Of a stretch of DNA of 64,000 bases, positions 1 through 9,978 are shown piece after piece. A program made the position numbers and the translations under genes. The DNA is from an uncultured Actinomycetes bacterium (GTDB lineage: Bacteria > Actinomycetota > Thermoleophilia > UBA2241). Numbering within the stretch: the first letter of the stretch is position 1; every line of letters starts with the position of its first letter. The stretch spans positions 256,001-320,000 of the forward strand of contig CAVYCN010000002.1 in assembly GCA_963767005.1 (NCBI GenBank), given 5' to 3'. Below the pieces are notes generated by a model. The model had not been told where the DNA came from and searched no databases. It saw nothing but the letters and a program-made list of their open reading frames with translations.

Positions 1-1
1 C

Positions 2-508
2 GCCTTCGAGCGCGCCGGCTTCGCCGGCGAGGCCCTGATCAGGCGGCGGCAGGAGCTCCTCCGGCAGCGCCTGCCGCGCCAGACGAGGGTGCGCTTCCAC
101 GACGTCGAGACGTCGCTCGTCGAGGCGACCTTGGCGATGGGCGGGCGCGAGGTCGGCGCGCTCGTCGAGGCGGCCTGGCGCGGCGGGGCGCGCTTCGACG
201 GCTGGAGCGAGTCGTTCGACGCCGGCGTGTGGCGGCGCGCGGCCGACGAGCTCGGCCTCGAGCTCGGCGGCCGCGCCTGGGCGGCGGCCGACGACCTGCC
301 CTGGCGGACGGTCGACCCGCTCGTCGACGACGCCTTCCTGCGCGCCGAGGCGGCGCGTGGGGCCGAGGGCGTGACGACCGACGACTGCCGCGACGGGGCC
401 TGCGCGTCCTGCGGGGTGTGCGGCGCTGAGATCGAGATGGACCTCGTGGCGGGCGGCGACCGGCGGACCGCTCGCTTGCAGACGAGCGCGGGCGGGGAGG
501 AGCGGTGA
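2..508 (+). CDS. Radical SAM protein, TIGR03960-like, C-terminal part (5' truncated by window)
   Basis: Frame is open from base 2 (AFERAGF...). C-terminal WRGGARFDGWSE, DLPW and CRDGACASCGVC motifs; sits directly before a DUF2344 gene, as is typical for this pair. Confidence 0.8.
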   Translation, partial: AFERAGFAGEALIRRRQELLRQRLPRQTRVRFHDVETSLVEATLAMGGREVGALVEAAWRGGARFDGWSESFDAGVWRRAADELGLELGGRAWAAADDLPWRTVDPLVDDAFLRAEAARGAEGVTTDDCRDGACASCGVCGAEIEMDLVAGGDRRTARLQTSAGGEER

Positions 509-1242
509 GCTGGTGGCTGCTGAGCTTTGCCCGCGGCGGTCCCGCGCGCTACATCTCGCACCTCGACACCATGCGCGTCGTGCAGCGCACCTTCGCGCGG
601 GCCGGCATCGAGCTCGCCTTCTCACAGGGCATGCGGCCCAAGCCGCGCCTTTCGCTGCCGCTGCCCTTGCAGACCGGTGCGGCCGCGCTCGACGAGCTCG
701 CCGTGGTCGAGGTCGCCGAAGAGACGCCGGCGGCAGCGCTCGGGGAGCGCCTGCGGGCACTGCGCGCAGGCGCGGCCGATGGCTTCTCGTTCGAGCGGCT
801 CAGCCTGGCCGAGGCGCGCGTGCGACCGCAGCCGGTCGCGGCGGCATACGAGTGCCGCCTGGCGGCGCCGGTCGCGGCGGTCGACGAGGCGCTCGCGGCG
901 CTTGCCGCCGCGCCTCAGTCGCCGGTCGAGCGGCGCTCGCCGAAAGGGAGTCGCACGTTCGACTTGAAGAAGTACGTCAGTGGCCTGGCGGCGTGCCCGC
1001 ACGACGCCGGCACCAAGGTTTCTTTCACACTGCGCTACGGGCCGGACGGCTCGGCGCGCGTCGACGAGGTCGTCGCCGCGCTCGCCGCCCGCCTGGGGAT
1101 CGAGCCCGTCGTGCTCGGCCTCGTGCGCACGCACGTGGACTGGAAGGGTTTGCGGCCGCGGCCATCCGGCGCGGCCGAGCAGGTTTCGTCCGACGACGCA
1201 GCGAGCGTCGCGGACCTAAAGGAGATGACGACACGTGAGTGA
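505..1242 (+). CDS. Radical SAM-linked protein (DUF2344/TIGR03936)
   Basis: ARYISHLD...FSQGMRPKPRLS motif; GTGA overlap with the upstream gene; upstream of rne. Confidence 0.85.
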   Translation: MSWWLLSFARGGPARYISHLDTMRVVQRTFARAGIELAFSQGMRPKPRLSLPLPLQTGAAALDELAVVEVAEETPAAALGERLRALRAGAADGFSFERLSLAEARVRPQPVAAAYECRLAAPVAAVDEALAALAAAPQSPVERRSPKGSRTFDLKKYVSGLAACPHDAGTKVSFTLRYGPDGSARVDEVVAALAARLGIEPVVLGLVRTHVDWKGLRPRPSGAAEQVSSDDAASVADLKEMTTRE

Positions 1243-4200
1243 CGAACAACCCAAGCGCCGCCGCCGTGCGGCGCGTCCGCGACGCGCGGCTGTCGAAGGC
1301 GACGCCGCGCTCGAGCCGGCCAAGACCGCTGCGGGCGAGAGCGACGAGCCTTCTGCTACCGTCGCGCCGCCGCCTCAGGGCGCCGCGACGCCCCCGTCGC
1401 CCGACGCCGGCGGTGCGGACCGCGATGAGCGGCCCCGGCGCGGAGCGCCGGAAGCAGCCGGCGACGACGACCGCGAGGCCGGCGACGGCGGACCCGAGAT
1501 CCGCGTGACCGAGCCCGGTGCGTGGGCCGCGCTTCACGCGCGCCGCACGCGGGGGCGCCGTCCCGTCCGGCGCGGCCGGTCCGCGACACCGTCGAGCGAC
1601 GCGGGCGGCGAAGCCCCGCCGGCGGCGGCCGCGACCACAGCAGGAGCCGCGACCGCGGCAGAGACGGCGACCACGACCGGGCCCGCCCGCCCGGCGGCCA
1701 CCACCGCCGTCGAGGAGGCCCGCGTCGCGGGCGCGAGCGAGGCGCCGCCGCCGGCCGCCGGTCCGGCGACCGCGCGCGACGAGGAGCGTGACGTGATCGT
1801 GGCCACGGCGGCGCCCGACGAGGCGCTCCTCGAGCGCTCGCCGACGCCCGTGTCCGACGAGGCCATGGCCGCCGCCGCAGCCGACCGTGACGTGGCGCCG
1901 TCGCGGCGTCGCCGGCGCGGCCGTCGCGGCCGCGGCGGGTCGGCGGCGGCCGAGGCGCGACCCGACGAGGGCGTCGCTGCGCCGGCGCAGGCCCAGGTCG
2001 AGGGCGGTGGTGACGCCGCCGGCAAGGCGGCGCCGACCGACGCCGACGCGCGCCCCGCGTCGGGCGGCGGCGAGCCGTCGGTCGTCGAGCCGCAGGCGAC
2101 GGCCGCGCCAGACGCGACGGCCGCGCCGGAGGCGACGGCTGCGACGACGGCCGACGCGACGACCGAGGAAGAGGGCGACGACGGACACCGGCGCCGGCGT
2201 CGCGGACACCGCGGCGGGCGTCGGCATCGCCGTCACAACGGCGACGGCGAGGCGCCGGTCGAGACGGCGGTCGCCGAGACCGGCGACGTAGAGCCGGCGG
2301 CCACCGGCGCCGACGCCGCGGCCCTGGCCGGCGAGGCCGTCGTCGGCGACGATGCGACGCCGCCCGCCGCCGTCGAGACGGCGGTCGCCGAGAGCGAGCA
2401 GGGGGAGGAGCCCTCCGAAGGCGGGCCGAGTCGACGCCGTCGCCGCCGTCGCCGGGGCGGCGGCAGCGGTGAGACCGACGAGGCCGCCACCGAGCCGGCG
2501 ACCGCCGAGCCCGCCGCCCGGGCGCAGGCGGGCGAGGCCGAACCGGCCGAGGGAGTCGGTCGCCGCCGTGGCGGCCGCCTGCGGCGTCCGAAGGACACCG
2601 GCGTCACCGCCGACCTGCCGGGCCACAAGGAAATCCTCGTGAGCGAGGACGCCGGCGAGATGCGCGTAGCCCTGGTCGAGGACGGCCGCCTGGCCGAGAT
2701 CTACATCGAGCGCCCGGGTAAGCGCTCGTACGCGGGCAACATCTACCGCGGCAAGGTCGACAACGTGCTGCCCGGCATGGACGCCGCGTTCGTCGACATC
2801 GGCCTCGAGCGCAACGGCTTCCTGTATGTCGACGACGTCGCCGATCCCGAGGACGGCGAGAAGCGCCCGCACAAGATCACGCAGATGCTCAAGCCGGGCC
2901 AGGAGATCATGGTCCAGGTGTCCAAGGACCCGATGGGCAGCAAGGGGGCGCGCCTGACGGGCCAGCTGTCGCTGGCCGGACGCTACCTCGTCTACGTGCC
3001 CGGCGGCTCCGGCGTGGGCGTGTCGCGCCGCCTGCCGACCGACGAGCGCGACCGTCTGCGCGAGCTCTGCAAGTCGCTCAAGGCCAAGGACGCCGGCTTG
3101 ATCGTGCGCACCGTCGCCGAGGGCAAGAGCGTCGAGGAGATGAAGGGCGACCTGCGTTTCCTGTCGCGCCTCTGGACCCGCCTCAAGGCCAAGGCCGACA
3201 AGGTCAAGGCGCCCGGTCTCGTCTACGCCGAGGCCGACGTGTCGCTGCAGGTCGCGCGCGACCTGTACGACGAGTCGTTCGCGGCCGTGCTCGTCGACGG
3301 CGAGAAGCGCCGCAAGGAGCTCGTGGGCTACCTCGACAAGGTCGCTCCCGAGCTGGCCACCCGCGTCAAGCTGTACGAAGACGACGAGGCGCTGTTCAAG
3401 GCGCACGGCATCGAGGAGCAGATCGCGCGCGCCCTGGAGCGCCGGGTACCGCTGCCGAGCGGCGGCAACCTCGTGATCGACCACACCGAGGCGCTCACCG
3501 TGATCGACGTGAACACGGGCCGCTTCACCGGCGGCAAGGGCCTCGAGGACACGATCACGCGCAACAACCTCGAGGCCGCCCGCGAGGTCGTGCGCCAGCT
3601 CCGGCTGCGCGACATCGGCGGCATCATCATCATCGACTTCATCGACATGGAGTACGCGCGCAACCGCGAGGCGGTGCTGGCCAAGCTCCAGGCCGAGCTC
3701 GCCACCGACCGGACCAAGACCTACGTCGTCGAGATCTCGCCGCTCGGCCTGGTCGAGATGACGAGGCAGAACATCACCGACGGCGCGCGAGGCATCCTCA
3801 CCCAGACCTGCCCGGTCTGCGAGGGGAAGGCGCGGGTGCTGTCGGCCGAGACCATGGCGATCACGATCGAGCGTCGGCTCGGCGAGCACGCCGCCGACAC
3901 GCAGGCGCGGGCCCTGCTGATCGAGGTCAACACCGCGGTCGCCGAGCGGCTTACCGTCGGCGGCCGCGTGAAGCGTCTCGAGCGCGCCACCGGCAAGCGC
4001 ATCTTCCTCGAAGGCTCGCGCTTCCTGCCGATCGAGACCTTCCGCATCGTGGCGGAAGGGTCGCTCGAGGCGGTCGAGTCGCACCGCATCCCGGTCCGCG
4101 AGGACGAGGAGGTGGCCGTCGAGCTCGAGTACGCCCTGACCTACAGCCCCGGTGATGCCGTCGCTCACGTGAGCGGGTATCAGGTGATCGTGCTGAACGG

Positions 4201-4282
4201 CCGGCGAGCGCTCGGCGAGAAGCGCAAGGTGCGCATCACGTCGCTCACCCGGGCGGGTGCGATGGGCGTGATCGTCTCGTAG
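1235..4282 (+). CDS. rne: Ribonuclease E/G with long N-terminal disordered region and C-terminal TRAM-like domain
   Basis: S1 domain (GNIYRGKVDNVLPGMDAAFVDIG), catalytic VIDVNTG and LRDIGGIIIIDFIDM, CPVC zinc link; about 460 aa of Ala/Glu/Arg-rich N-terminus. Confidence 0.92.
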   Translation: MSDEQPKRRRRAARPRRAAVEGDAALEPAKTAAGESDEPSATVAPPPQGAATPPSPDAGGADRDERPRRGAPEAAGDDDREAGDGGPEIRVTEPGAWAALHARRTRGRRPVRRGRSATPSSDAGGEAPPAAAATTAGAATAAETATTTGPARPAATTAVEEARVAGASEAPPPAAGPATARDEERDVIVATAAPDEALLERSPTPVSDEAMAAAAADRDVAPSRRRRRGRRGRGGSAAAEARPDEGVAAPAQAQVEGGGDAAGKAAPTDADARPASGGGEPSVVEPQATAAPDATAAPEATAATTADATTEEEGDDGHRRRRRGHRGGRRHRRHNGDGEAPVETAVAETGDVEPAATGADAAALAGEAVVGDDATPPAAVETAVAESEQGEEPSEGGPSRRRRRRRRGGGSGETDEAATEPATAEPAARAQAGEAEPAEGVGRRRGGRLRRPKDTGVTADLPGHKEILVSEDAGEMRVALVEDGRLAEIYIERPGKRSYAGNIYRGKVDNVLPGMDAAFVDIGLERNGFLYVDDVADPEDGEKRPHKITQMLKPGQEIMVQVSKDPMGSKGARLTGQLSLAGRYLVYVPGGSGVGVSRRLPTDERDRLRELCKSLKAKDAGLIVRTVAEGKSVEEMKGDLRFLSRLWTRLKAKADKVKAPGLVYAEADVSLQVARDLYDESFAAVLVDGEKRRKELVGYLDKVAPELATRVKLYEDDEALFKAHGIEEQIARALERRVPLPSGGNLVIDHTEALTVIDVNTGRFTGGKGLEDTITRNNLEAAREVVRQLRLRDIGGIIIIDFIDMEYARNREAVLAKLQAELATDRTKTYVVEISPLGLVEMTRQNITDGARGILTQTCPVCEGKARVLSAETMAITIERRLGEHAADTQARALLIEVNTAVAERLTVGGRVKRLERATGKRIFLEGSRFLPIETFRIVAEGSLEAVESHRIPVREDEEVAVELEYALTYSPGDAVAHVSGYQVIVLNGRRALGEKRKVRITSLTRAGAMGVIVS

Positions 4283-4323
4283 GCGTCGGCGGCGCGGGAC
4301 CGTGGTCCCGCGCCGCCGACGCC
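4282..4323 (+). terminator. GC-rich hairpin after rne
   Basis: Perfect 20-bp inverted repeat ggcgtcggcggcgcgggacc-gt-ggtcccgcgccgccgacgcc; no U-tract. Confidence 0.55.
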
Positions 4324-4362
4324 CTCCGGGTGGCCTCCGGCGCCGCGGCGCCGGAGGCCGCG

Positions 4363-4391
4363 TTGACAGTCCGAAGGCTATCGACTAGCAT
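4363..4391 (+). promoter_or_regulatory. Housekeeping-sigma promoter for rplU-rpmA
   Basis: TTGACA (4363-4368), 17-nt spacer, TAGCAT (4386-4391). Confidence 0.75.
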
Positions 4392-4419
4392 CGTTGGCCG
4401 TTGTCTTACGGGAGAAGGC

Positions 4420-4773
4420 ATGACTGACACCTCCGCGCCGTACGCCATCGTGCGAGTCGGCGGCAAGCAGTACAAGGTGGCCAAGGGCGACTCGATCGTG
4501 GTCGACCGCGTCGCCGCCGACGAGGGCGCTCACATCGAGCTCGTACCGCTCGCCGTGCGCGACGAGAGCGGTGAGATGCACGCCGGCAAGACGGCGCGCG
4601 CCAAGGTCAAGGCCACGGTCGTCGAGCACCTGCTGGGCGACAAGATCGACGTGTTCACCTACCGGCCGAAGTCGACGTACAAGAAGTCGCACGGCCATCG
4701 CAGCCGGCTCACCAAGCTCGACATCGACGCGATCGACATCGCCGGCCAGAAGGAGAAGAAGAGTGGCTCATAA
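4420..4773 (+). CDS. rplU: 50S ribosomal protein bL21
   Basis: [13 protein letters not shown] ... HGHRSRLT; ATG at 4420 after GGAGAAGG. Confidence 0.93.
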   Translation: MTDTSAPYAIVRVGGKQYKVAKGDSIVVDRVAADEGAHIELVPLAVRDESGEMHAGKTARAKVKATVVEHLLGDKIDVFTYRPKSTYKKSHGHRSRLTKLDIDAIDIAGQKEKKSGS

Positions 4774-5017
4774 GAAGGGCGCCGGTACCAGCCGCAACGG
4801 CCGCGACTCCGAAGCCAAGCGCCTCGGCGTCAAGGCCTTTGCCGGGCAGGTCGTGCCGGCCGGCTCCATCATCGTCCGTCAGCGCGGTACGCGGTTCCGT
4901 CCCGGCGTCGGCGCCGGCATCGGCGTCGATCACACCATCTTCGCCCGCACGACGGGCCGCATCGAGTTCGGGCGCAGCGGTAGCGACCGAATCATCTCGA
5001 TCGTCCCCGAGGCCTAG
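4763..5017 (+). CDS. rpmA: 50S ribosomal protein bL27
   Basis: GTG start, [23 protein letters not shown]. Confidence 0.96.
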   Translation: MAHKKGAGTSRNGRDSEAKRLGVKAFAGQVVPAGSIIVRQRGTRFRPGVGAGIGVDHTIFARTTGRIEFGRSGSDRIISIVPEA

Positions 5018-5053
5018 CGCCCTCGTCCGGCCGGGTCGGCCGGGTCCGTCCTT

Positions 5054-6331
5054 ATGCTGAGCGACCACGCGACCATCAACGTCCGCGGCGGTAGCGGGGG
5101 GGCTGGGGCGGTCAGCTTCCGGCGCGAGAAGCACGTGCCGCGTGGCGGCCCCGACGGCGGCAACGGTGGGCCCGGCGGCGACGTCGTGATCGTCGCGAGC
5201 CGCCAGCACCGCGACCTCGCCTACTTCCGCCACAAGGTCCATTTCCGCGGGCAGCGCGGCGGCCACGGCATGGGGCAGAACCGCCACGGCAAGGCCGGCG
5301 AGACGACCGTGGTCGAGGTGCCGGTCGGCACCGAGGTGCACGATGCCGAAGGGCTCCTGCTCGCCGACCTCACGCGTGAGGGCCAGCGCTACCTCGCGGC
5401 CCGCGGCGCCGAGGGCGGCCGCGGCAATGTGTGCTTCGTTTCGCCCACGCGGCGCACGCCGCGCTTCGCCGAGAAGGGCCTGCCGGGCGACGAGCGCTGG
5501 CTCACGCTGCAGCTCAAGCTGCTCGCCGACGTCGGTCTCGTCGGCCTGCCCAACGCCGGCAAGTCGTCGCTGCTCGCGGCGCTCACGCGCGCACACCCCA
5601 AGGTCGCGGCCTACCCCTTCACGACGCTCGAGCCCAACCTCGGCACGATGAGCCTGGGCGAGCGCGTCGTCGTGCTCGCCGACATCCCCGGCTTGATCGA
5701 GGGCGCGAGCGCGGGCAGTGGGCTCGGCGACCGGTTCCTGGCGCACATCGAGCGCACCGCCGTGCTGGTCTACGTGGTCGACGGCTCGCTCGGCGTCGAG
5801 GCCGCGCGGGCGGCGGCCGCGACCGTGCGCGGCGAGCTCGCCGCGTTTCGCGCCGAGCTCGCCGATCACCCCGGCCTGATCGCCGTGAACAAGGCCGATC
5901 TGATCGACGAGGACACGGCCGGCAAGGTCGCCGCGGCGCTTGCGACCGATGCGGCCCGGGCCGGCGACGCGGTGGTCGTGGTGTCGGCCGTCGAGCAGCA
6001 GGGCCTCGACGCGCTGCGGCGCGCCCTCGCCGACGTCGTCGAGCGTGTCACGCCGCCGCCCGAGGCCTTCGAGGAGGCCGAGCCCGTCCTGCTGCGGCCG
6101 GCCGAGGGCCGCCTCGGCGACTTCACGGTGCGGCGCGACGGCGTCGCCTGGCGCGTCGAAGGACGCGTGCTGGAGCGCCTGGTCGCCAAGGCCGAGCTCG
6201 GCAACGACGAGGCGGTGCGCTACCTGCAGGACGTGATGGAGCGGGCCGGCGTGTCCGACGCGCTGCGCAAGGCCGGCGCCGTCGACGGCGACACCATCGT
6301 GATCGGTGCCGCGGAGTTCGTGCTCGCGTGA
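5054..6331 (+). CDS. obgE: GTPase ObgE
   Basis: SFRREKHVPRGGPDGGNGG, GLPNAGKS, YPFTTLEP, DIPG, NKAD; C-terminal OCT domain. Confidence 0.96.
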   Translation: MLSDHATINVRGGSGGAGAVSFRREKHVPRGGPDGGNGGPGGDVVIVASRQHRDLAYFRHKVHFRGQRGGHGMGQNRHGKAGETTVVEVPVGTEVHDAEGLLLADLTREGQRYLAARGAEGGRGNVCFVSPTRRTPRFAEKGLPGDERWLTLQLKLLADVGLVGLPNAGKSSLLAALTRAHPKVAAYPFTTLEPNLGTMSLGERVVVLADIPGLIEGASAGSGLGDRFLAHIERTAVLVYVVDGSLGVEAARAAAATVRGELAAFRAELADHPGLIAVNKADLIDEDTAGKVAAALATDAARAGDAVVVVSAVEQQGLDALRRALADVVERVTPPPEAFEEAEPVLLRPAEGRLGDFTVRRDGVAWRVEGRVLERLVAKAELGNDEAVRYLQDVMERAGVSDALRKAGAVDGDTIVIGAAEFVLA

Positions 6332-6401
6332 GGGGCCGTTCGAGCCGGCGGGCTGATGAGTAGAATGAAGACATGAAGATTGGCGTCGTGGAGCCGGACG
6401 T

Positions 6402-7505
6402 ATGAAGACCGTGGTCGTGAAGCTGGGCTCGAGCACGGTGGCCGACGGCCGCGGCAGGCTGCGCCGCGCCGTGCTGGCGGCGCGGGTGGCCGAAGTGGCC
6501 GCCCTGGCCACCGACGGCCACCGCGTGGTCGTGGTCTCGAGTGGCGCGATCGCCTGTGGGCAGAGCGCGCTCGGTCTGCGCGAGCGGCCCGAACGCATGG
6601 CCGAGCTGCAGGCGGCGTCGGCCGTGGGCCAGGGCCGCCTGTTCGCGGCCTACGCCCGGCTCTGCGCCGGGCACGACCTGACCGCGGCGCAGGTGCTGCT
6701 CACGAGCACCGATTTCGCCCAGCGCATCAGCTACGTAAACGCGCGCGCCACGCTGCGCCGCCTGCTGGCCTGGCGCATCGTGCCGATCGTCAACGAGAAC
6801 GACACGACGGCGACCGACGAGATCGGCTTCGGCGACAACGACGTTCTGGCCGCCCAGGTAGCGATCATGCTGCGCGCCGACTTGCTCCTGCTGCTCACCG
6901 ACCGCGACGGCCTCTACACGTCCGACCCGAGGCGCGATCCCGGCGCGCGACCGATCGCCGTGCTCGGCTCCGACGACGACCTCGTGGGCGTGAGCTGGCG
7001 CTCCGCCAAGCGCGGCGCCGGCGGTATGAGCGGCAAGACGGCCGCCGCCCTCATGGCGGCCGGTGCCGGCGTGCGCGCCGTGATCGCCCGCGGCGAGCGC
7101 GAGGGCGTGATCGCCGACGCGCTCGCCGGACGCCCGGTGGGCACGGTGGCGCCGGCGCGGCGCAAGGACGATTCCGCCTTCAAGCTCTGGTTGCGCTACG
7201 CCAAGCCCGTGCGCGGCACCCTCGAGGTCGACGACGGCGCGGCGCGCGCCCTGGCCGAGGCCGGCGGCAGCCTCTTGCCGGTGGGCGTCACCGGGGTGCA
7301 CGGCGCCTTCGCGGCCGGCGACGCGGTCTCGGTCGTGCGCCCAGGGCGCGGCGAGATCGCTCGCGGCCTCGCCGCGATCGGGGCGCGCGACCTGCGGCGC
7401 GTCGCCGGCCTGCGCAGCGCCGAGGCGCGCCGTCTCGTGCCGCACGCGGGCGAAGAGGTCGTGCATCGCGACCATCTGGTGCTGATCGACGAGGAGGACA
7501 CGTGA
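6402..7505 (+). CDS. proB: Glutamate 5-kinase
   Basis: VVKLGSS, VSSGAI, PIVNEND, FGDND; C-terminal PUA domain. Confidence 0.95.
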   Translation: MKTVVVKLGSSTVADGRGRLRRAVLAARVAEVAALATDGHRVVVVSSGAIACGQSALGLRERPERMAELQAASAVGQGRLFAAYARLCAGHDLTAAQVLLTSTDFAQRISYVNARATLRRLLAWRIVPIVNENDTTATDEIGFGDNDVLAAQVAIMLRADLLLLLTDRDGLYTSDPRRDPGARPIAVLGSDDDLVGVSWRSAKRGAGGMSGKTAAALMAAGAGVRAVIARGEREGVIADALAGRPVGTVAPARRKDDSAFKLWLRYAKPVRGTLEVDDGAARALAEAGGSLLPVGVTGVHGAFAAGDAVSVVRPGRGEIARGLAAIGARDLRRVAGLRSAEARRLVPHAGEEVVHRDHLVLIDEEDT

Positions 7506-8749
7506 CGGTCGAGGAACAGGTCCGCAAGGCGAGAGCGGCGTCGCGCACGCTGGCGGCGCTGTCGCGCGCCGACAAGGACGAGGCCCTCGTGCTCATCGCC
7601 GAGGCGCTCGACCGCCGCGCCGGCGAGATCCTCGCCGAGAACGCCGAGGACGTCGCGCTCGCGCGCGCGAGCAAGCTGAGCTCGGCCCTGGTCGATCGTC
7701 TGTACCTGGACGAGGACCGTCTGCGCGACGTCGCGCGCAGCGTGCGCGAGATCGCTGCGCTGCCCGATCCGGTGGGCGAGACCGAGGAGGGGCGTCGCCT
7801 GCCCAACGGCCTCGAGCTCACCCGCCTGCGCGTGCCGCTCGGCGTGGTCGCTGTCGTCTACGAGGCGCGGCCCAACGTGACGGTCGACGCCGCCGCCCTG
7901 TGCCTCAAGTCGGGCAACGCGGTGGTGCTGCGCGGCGGCAGCGCGGCCAAGCACTCCAACCGCATGCTCGCCGAGGTGGTGCAGGGCGCCATCCTCGAGG
8001 CCGGCCTGCCGGCCGAGGCCGTGGCCTTCGTCGCCGGCCCGCGCGAGGTGCTGCTCGAGCTCGTGGCGCTCAAGGATCTCATCGACGTGGTCATCCCGCG
8101 CGGCGGCGACGAGCTCAAAGAGCTGCTCGCCGAGCATAGCCGCGTGCCCGTGATCGCGGCCGCCGGCGGCAACTGTCACGTGTACGTCGACGCGGCCGCC
8201 GATCTCGACATGGCGCTCGCCGTGACGGTCAACGCAAAGTGCCAGCGGCCCGGCGTCTGCAACGCCGCCGAGACCCTGCTCGTGCACCGCGCGGTCGCGG
8301 CGCGGTTCCTGCCACCGGCCGTGGCCGAGCTCCAGCGCCGCGGCGTCGAGCTCGTCGTCGACCGTCCGACGAGCGAGTTCGTGCCGGACCAGACGCTCAA
8401 GCGGGCCAACCGCACGCACTACGAGACTGAGTTCCTCGACCTCAAGATGGCCGTGCGGGTGGTCGACTCGCTCGACGAGGCCATCGACCACATCGCGACG
8501 TTCGGCAGCGGCCATTCCGAGGCGATCCTCACCGGCGACCTCGAGGCCGCGCGCCGCTTCGCCCGCGAGGTCGACGCGGCCGCCGTCTACGTGAACGCCT
8601 CGACCCGCTTCACCGACGGCGCGCAGTTCGGTCTGGGCGCCGAGATGGGCATCTCCACGCAGAAGCTGCACGTCCGCGGCCCCATCTCGCTGCGCGAGCT
8701 CACCTGCCTCAAGTACGTCGCCTGGGGCGATGGTCAGGTGCGCGGGTAG
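7502..8749 (+). CDS. proA: Gamma-glutamyl phosphate reductase
   Basis: GTGA overlap with proB; YEARPNVT, CNAAETLLVH, VNASTRFTDG, ISTQKLHVRGP. Confidence 0.96.
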   Translation: MTVEEQVRKARAASRTLAALSRADKDEALVLIAEALDRRAGEILAENAEDVALARASKLSSALVDRLYLDEDRLRDVARSVREIAALPDPVGETEEGRRLPNGLELTRLRVPLGVVAVVYEARPNVTVDAAALCLKSGNAVVLRGGSAAKHSNRMLAEVVQGAILEAGLPAEAVAFVAGPREVLLELVALKDLIDVVIPRGGDELKELLAEHSRVPVIAAAGGNCHVYVDAAADLDMALAVTVNAKCQRPGVCNAAETLLVHRAVAARFLPPAVAELQRRGVELVVDRPTSEFVPDQTLKRANRTHYETEFLDLKMAVRVVDSLDEAIDHIATFGSGHSEAILTGDLEAARRFAREVDAAAVYVNASTRFTDGAQFGLGAEMGISTQKLHVRGPISLRELTCLKYVAWGDGQVRG

Positions 8750-8761
8750 GGCGGCTCCGAA

Positions 8762-9400
8762 GTGACGGCGCTGCGGGCCATCGGCGTGCTGGGCGGCAGC
8801 TTCAACCCGCCGCACGTCGGCCACCTTGCGATCGCCTCCGACGCGGCCGCCGCCCTCGACCTCGAGCAGGTCCTGTTCGTGCCGGCGGCGGCGCCGCCCC
8901 ACAAGGACGTGGCCGACGACGTGCCCGCGGCCGTGCGCCTCGAGATGACGCGTCTCGCCGTCGACGACGATGAGCGCTTTGCGACGTCGGCGGTCGAGAT
9001 CGAGCTCGGGCTGCGCTTCACGAGCGACACGCTCGCCGCACTCGCCGCGCGCCGTCCGGGCCACGAGCTCGTCTTCATTGGCGGCTCCGACACCCTGTTG
9101 CAGCTCGAGACCTGGCACGAGCCCGGGGCCATCCTCGAGCGGGCGCGGCTCGTGGTCGCTCCGCGTCCCGGCGACGCCCCCGCGGCGATCGAGCGGGCCG
9201 TGGCGCGGTGGGGGAGGGGCCGGGCGACGATCCTGCCGAGCGTGGCCATCGACATCTCCTCGAGCATGGTCCGGGCCCGGGTGCGGGCCGGACGGCCGAT
9301 CCGCTACCTCGTGCCGCCCGCGGTCGAGCGCTTCATCGAGGAGCGCGGGCTGTACCGCTCACCGTCGACCCATCCGTCTCCGGCCGCGGCGGGCTCGTGA
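8762..9400 (+). CDS. nadD: Nicotinate-nucleotide adenylyltransferase
   Basis: GGSFNPPHVGH, ISSSMVR. Confidence 0.94.
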   Translation: MTALRAIGVLGGSFNPPHVGHLAIASDAAAALDLEQVLFVPAAAPPHKDVADDVPAAVRLEMTRLAVDDDERFATSAVEIELGLRFTSDTLAALAARRPGHELVFIGGSDTLLQLETWHEPGAILERARLVVAPRPGDAPAAIERAVARWGRGRATILPSVAIDISSSMVRARVRAGRPIRYLVPPAVERFIEERGLYRSPSTHPSPAAAGS

Positions 9401-9978
9401 CGTCACCTCTCATGGAGGAGCGCCGTCGTGCCGAACAGATGCTCGAGGCACGCGGACTCTCGGAGAGCCTCGTCGAGCACTGTCGCGGCACGGCGCGCCA
9501 GGCCGAGGCGCTCGCCCGGCGCTGGGGCGCCTCGCCCGACGACGCCGTCACGGCGGGCCTGCTGCACGACCTGTGTCGCGAGCTGCCGCGGCAGGAAGTC
9601 CTCGCGCTCTCGCGAAAGCACGGACTCGAGACCGACCCTATCGAGGAGGAGTACGCGGTGCAGTTGCTGCACGCCCGACTGGCCGCCGCCGAAGCGGGTG
9701 CGGCCGGCTTCTCGCCGGCCGTGGTCGAGGCCATCGCCCGGCACACGCTGGGCGGGCCGGGCATGAGCGCGCTCGACGCCTGTGTCTATGTGGCCGACGC
9801 GACCGAGCCCGGGCGCACCTGGAAAGGGGTCGACGACGTGCGCCGTCTCGCCCTCGAGTCGCTCGACGGCGCCGTGCTGACCCTGGTCGAGCGCGACGTG
9901 GCCCGCCTGCGCGAGCGCGGCCGGGCGCCCCACCCGCTCATGCTGGCGCTGCTCGAGGAGCGACGTGCCGGGCGCTGA
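9397..9978 (+). CDS. yqeK: HD-domain Ap4A hydrolase (YqeK family)
   Basis: H...GLLHD...LH...HT...YVADATEPGR pattern; follows nadD; start is 9397 (GTG) or 9412 (ATG). Confidence 0.85.
   Translation: MTSPLMEERRRAEQMLEARGLSESLVEHCRGTARQAEALARRWGASPDDAVTAGLLHDLCRELPRQEVLALSRKHGLETDPIEEEYAVQLLHARLAAAEAGAAGFSPAVVEAIARHTLGGPGMSALDACVYVADATEPGRTWKGVDDVRRLALESLDGAVLTLVERDVARLRERGRAPHPLMLALLEERRAGR

Noticed and set aside
1025-4168. 1047-aa minus-strand ORF and similar long antisense or alternate-frame ORFs (4709-6598, 7196-9118, 38100-40214, 40470-43769, 55738-57690)
   Set aside because: Shadow frames of well-supported genes, expected at this GC3; no recognisable motifs.
6380-8749. Apparent long N-terminal extensions in the ORF track (6380-8749, 20885-23077, 30264-32501, 55348-57282)
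   Set aside because: Artefacts of taking the most upstream start; family homology begins at 7502, 21938, 31158 and 55831.
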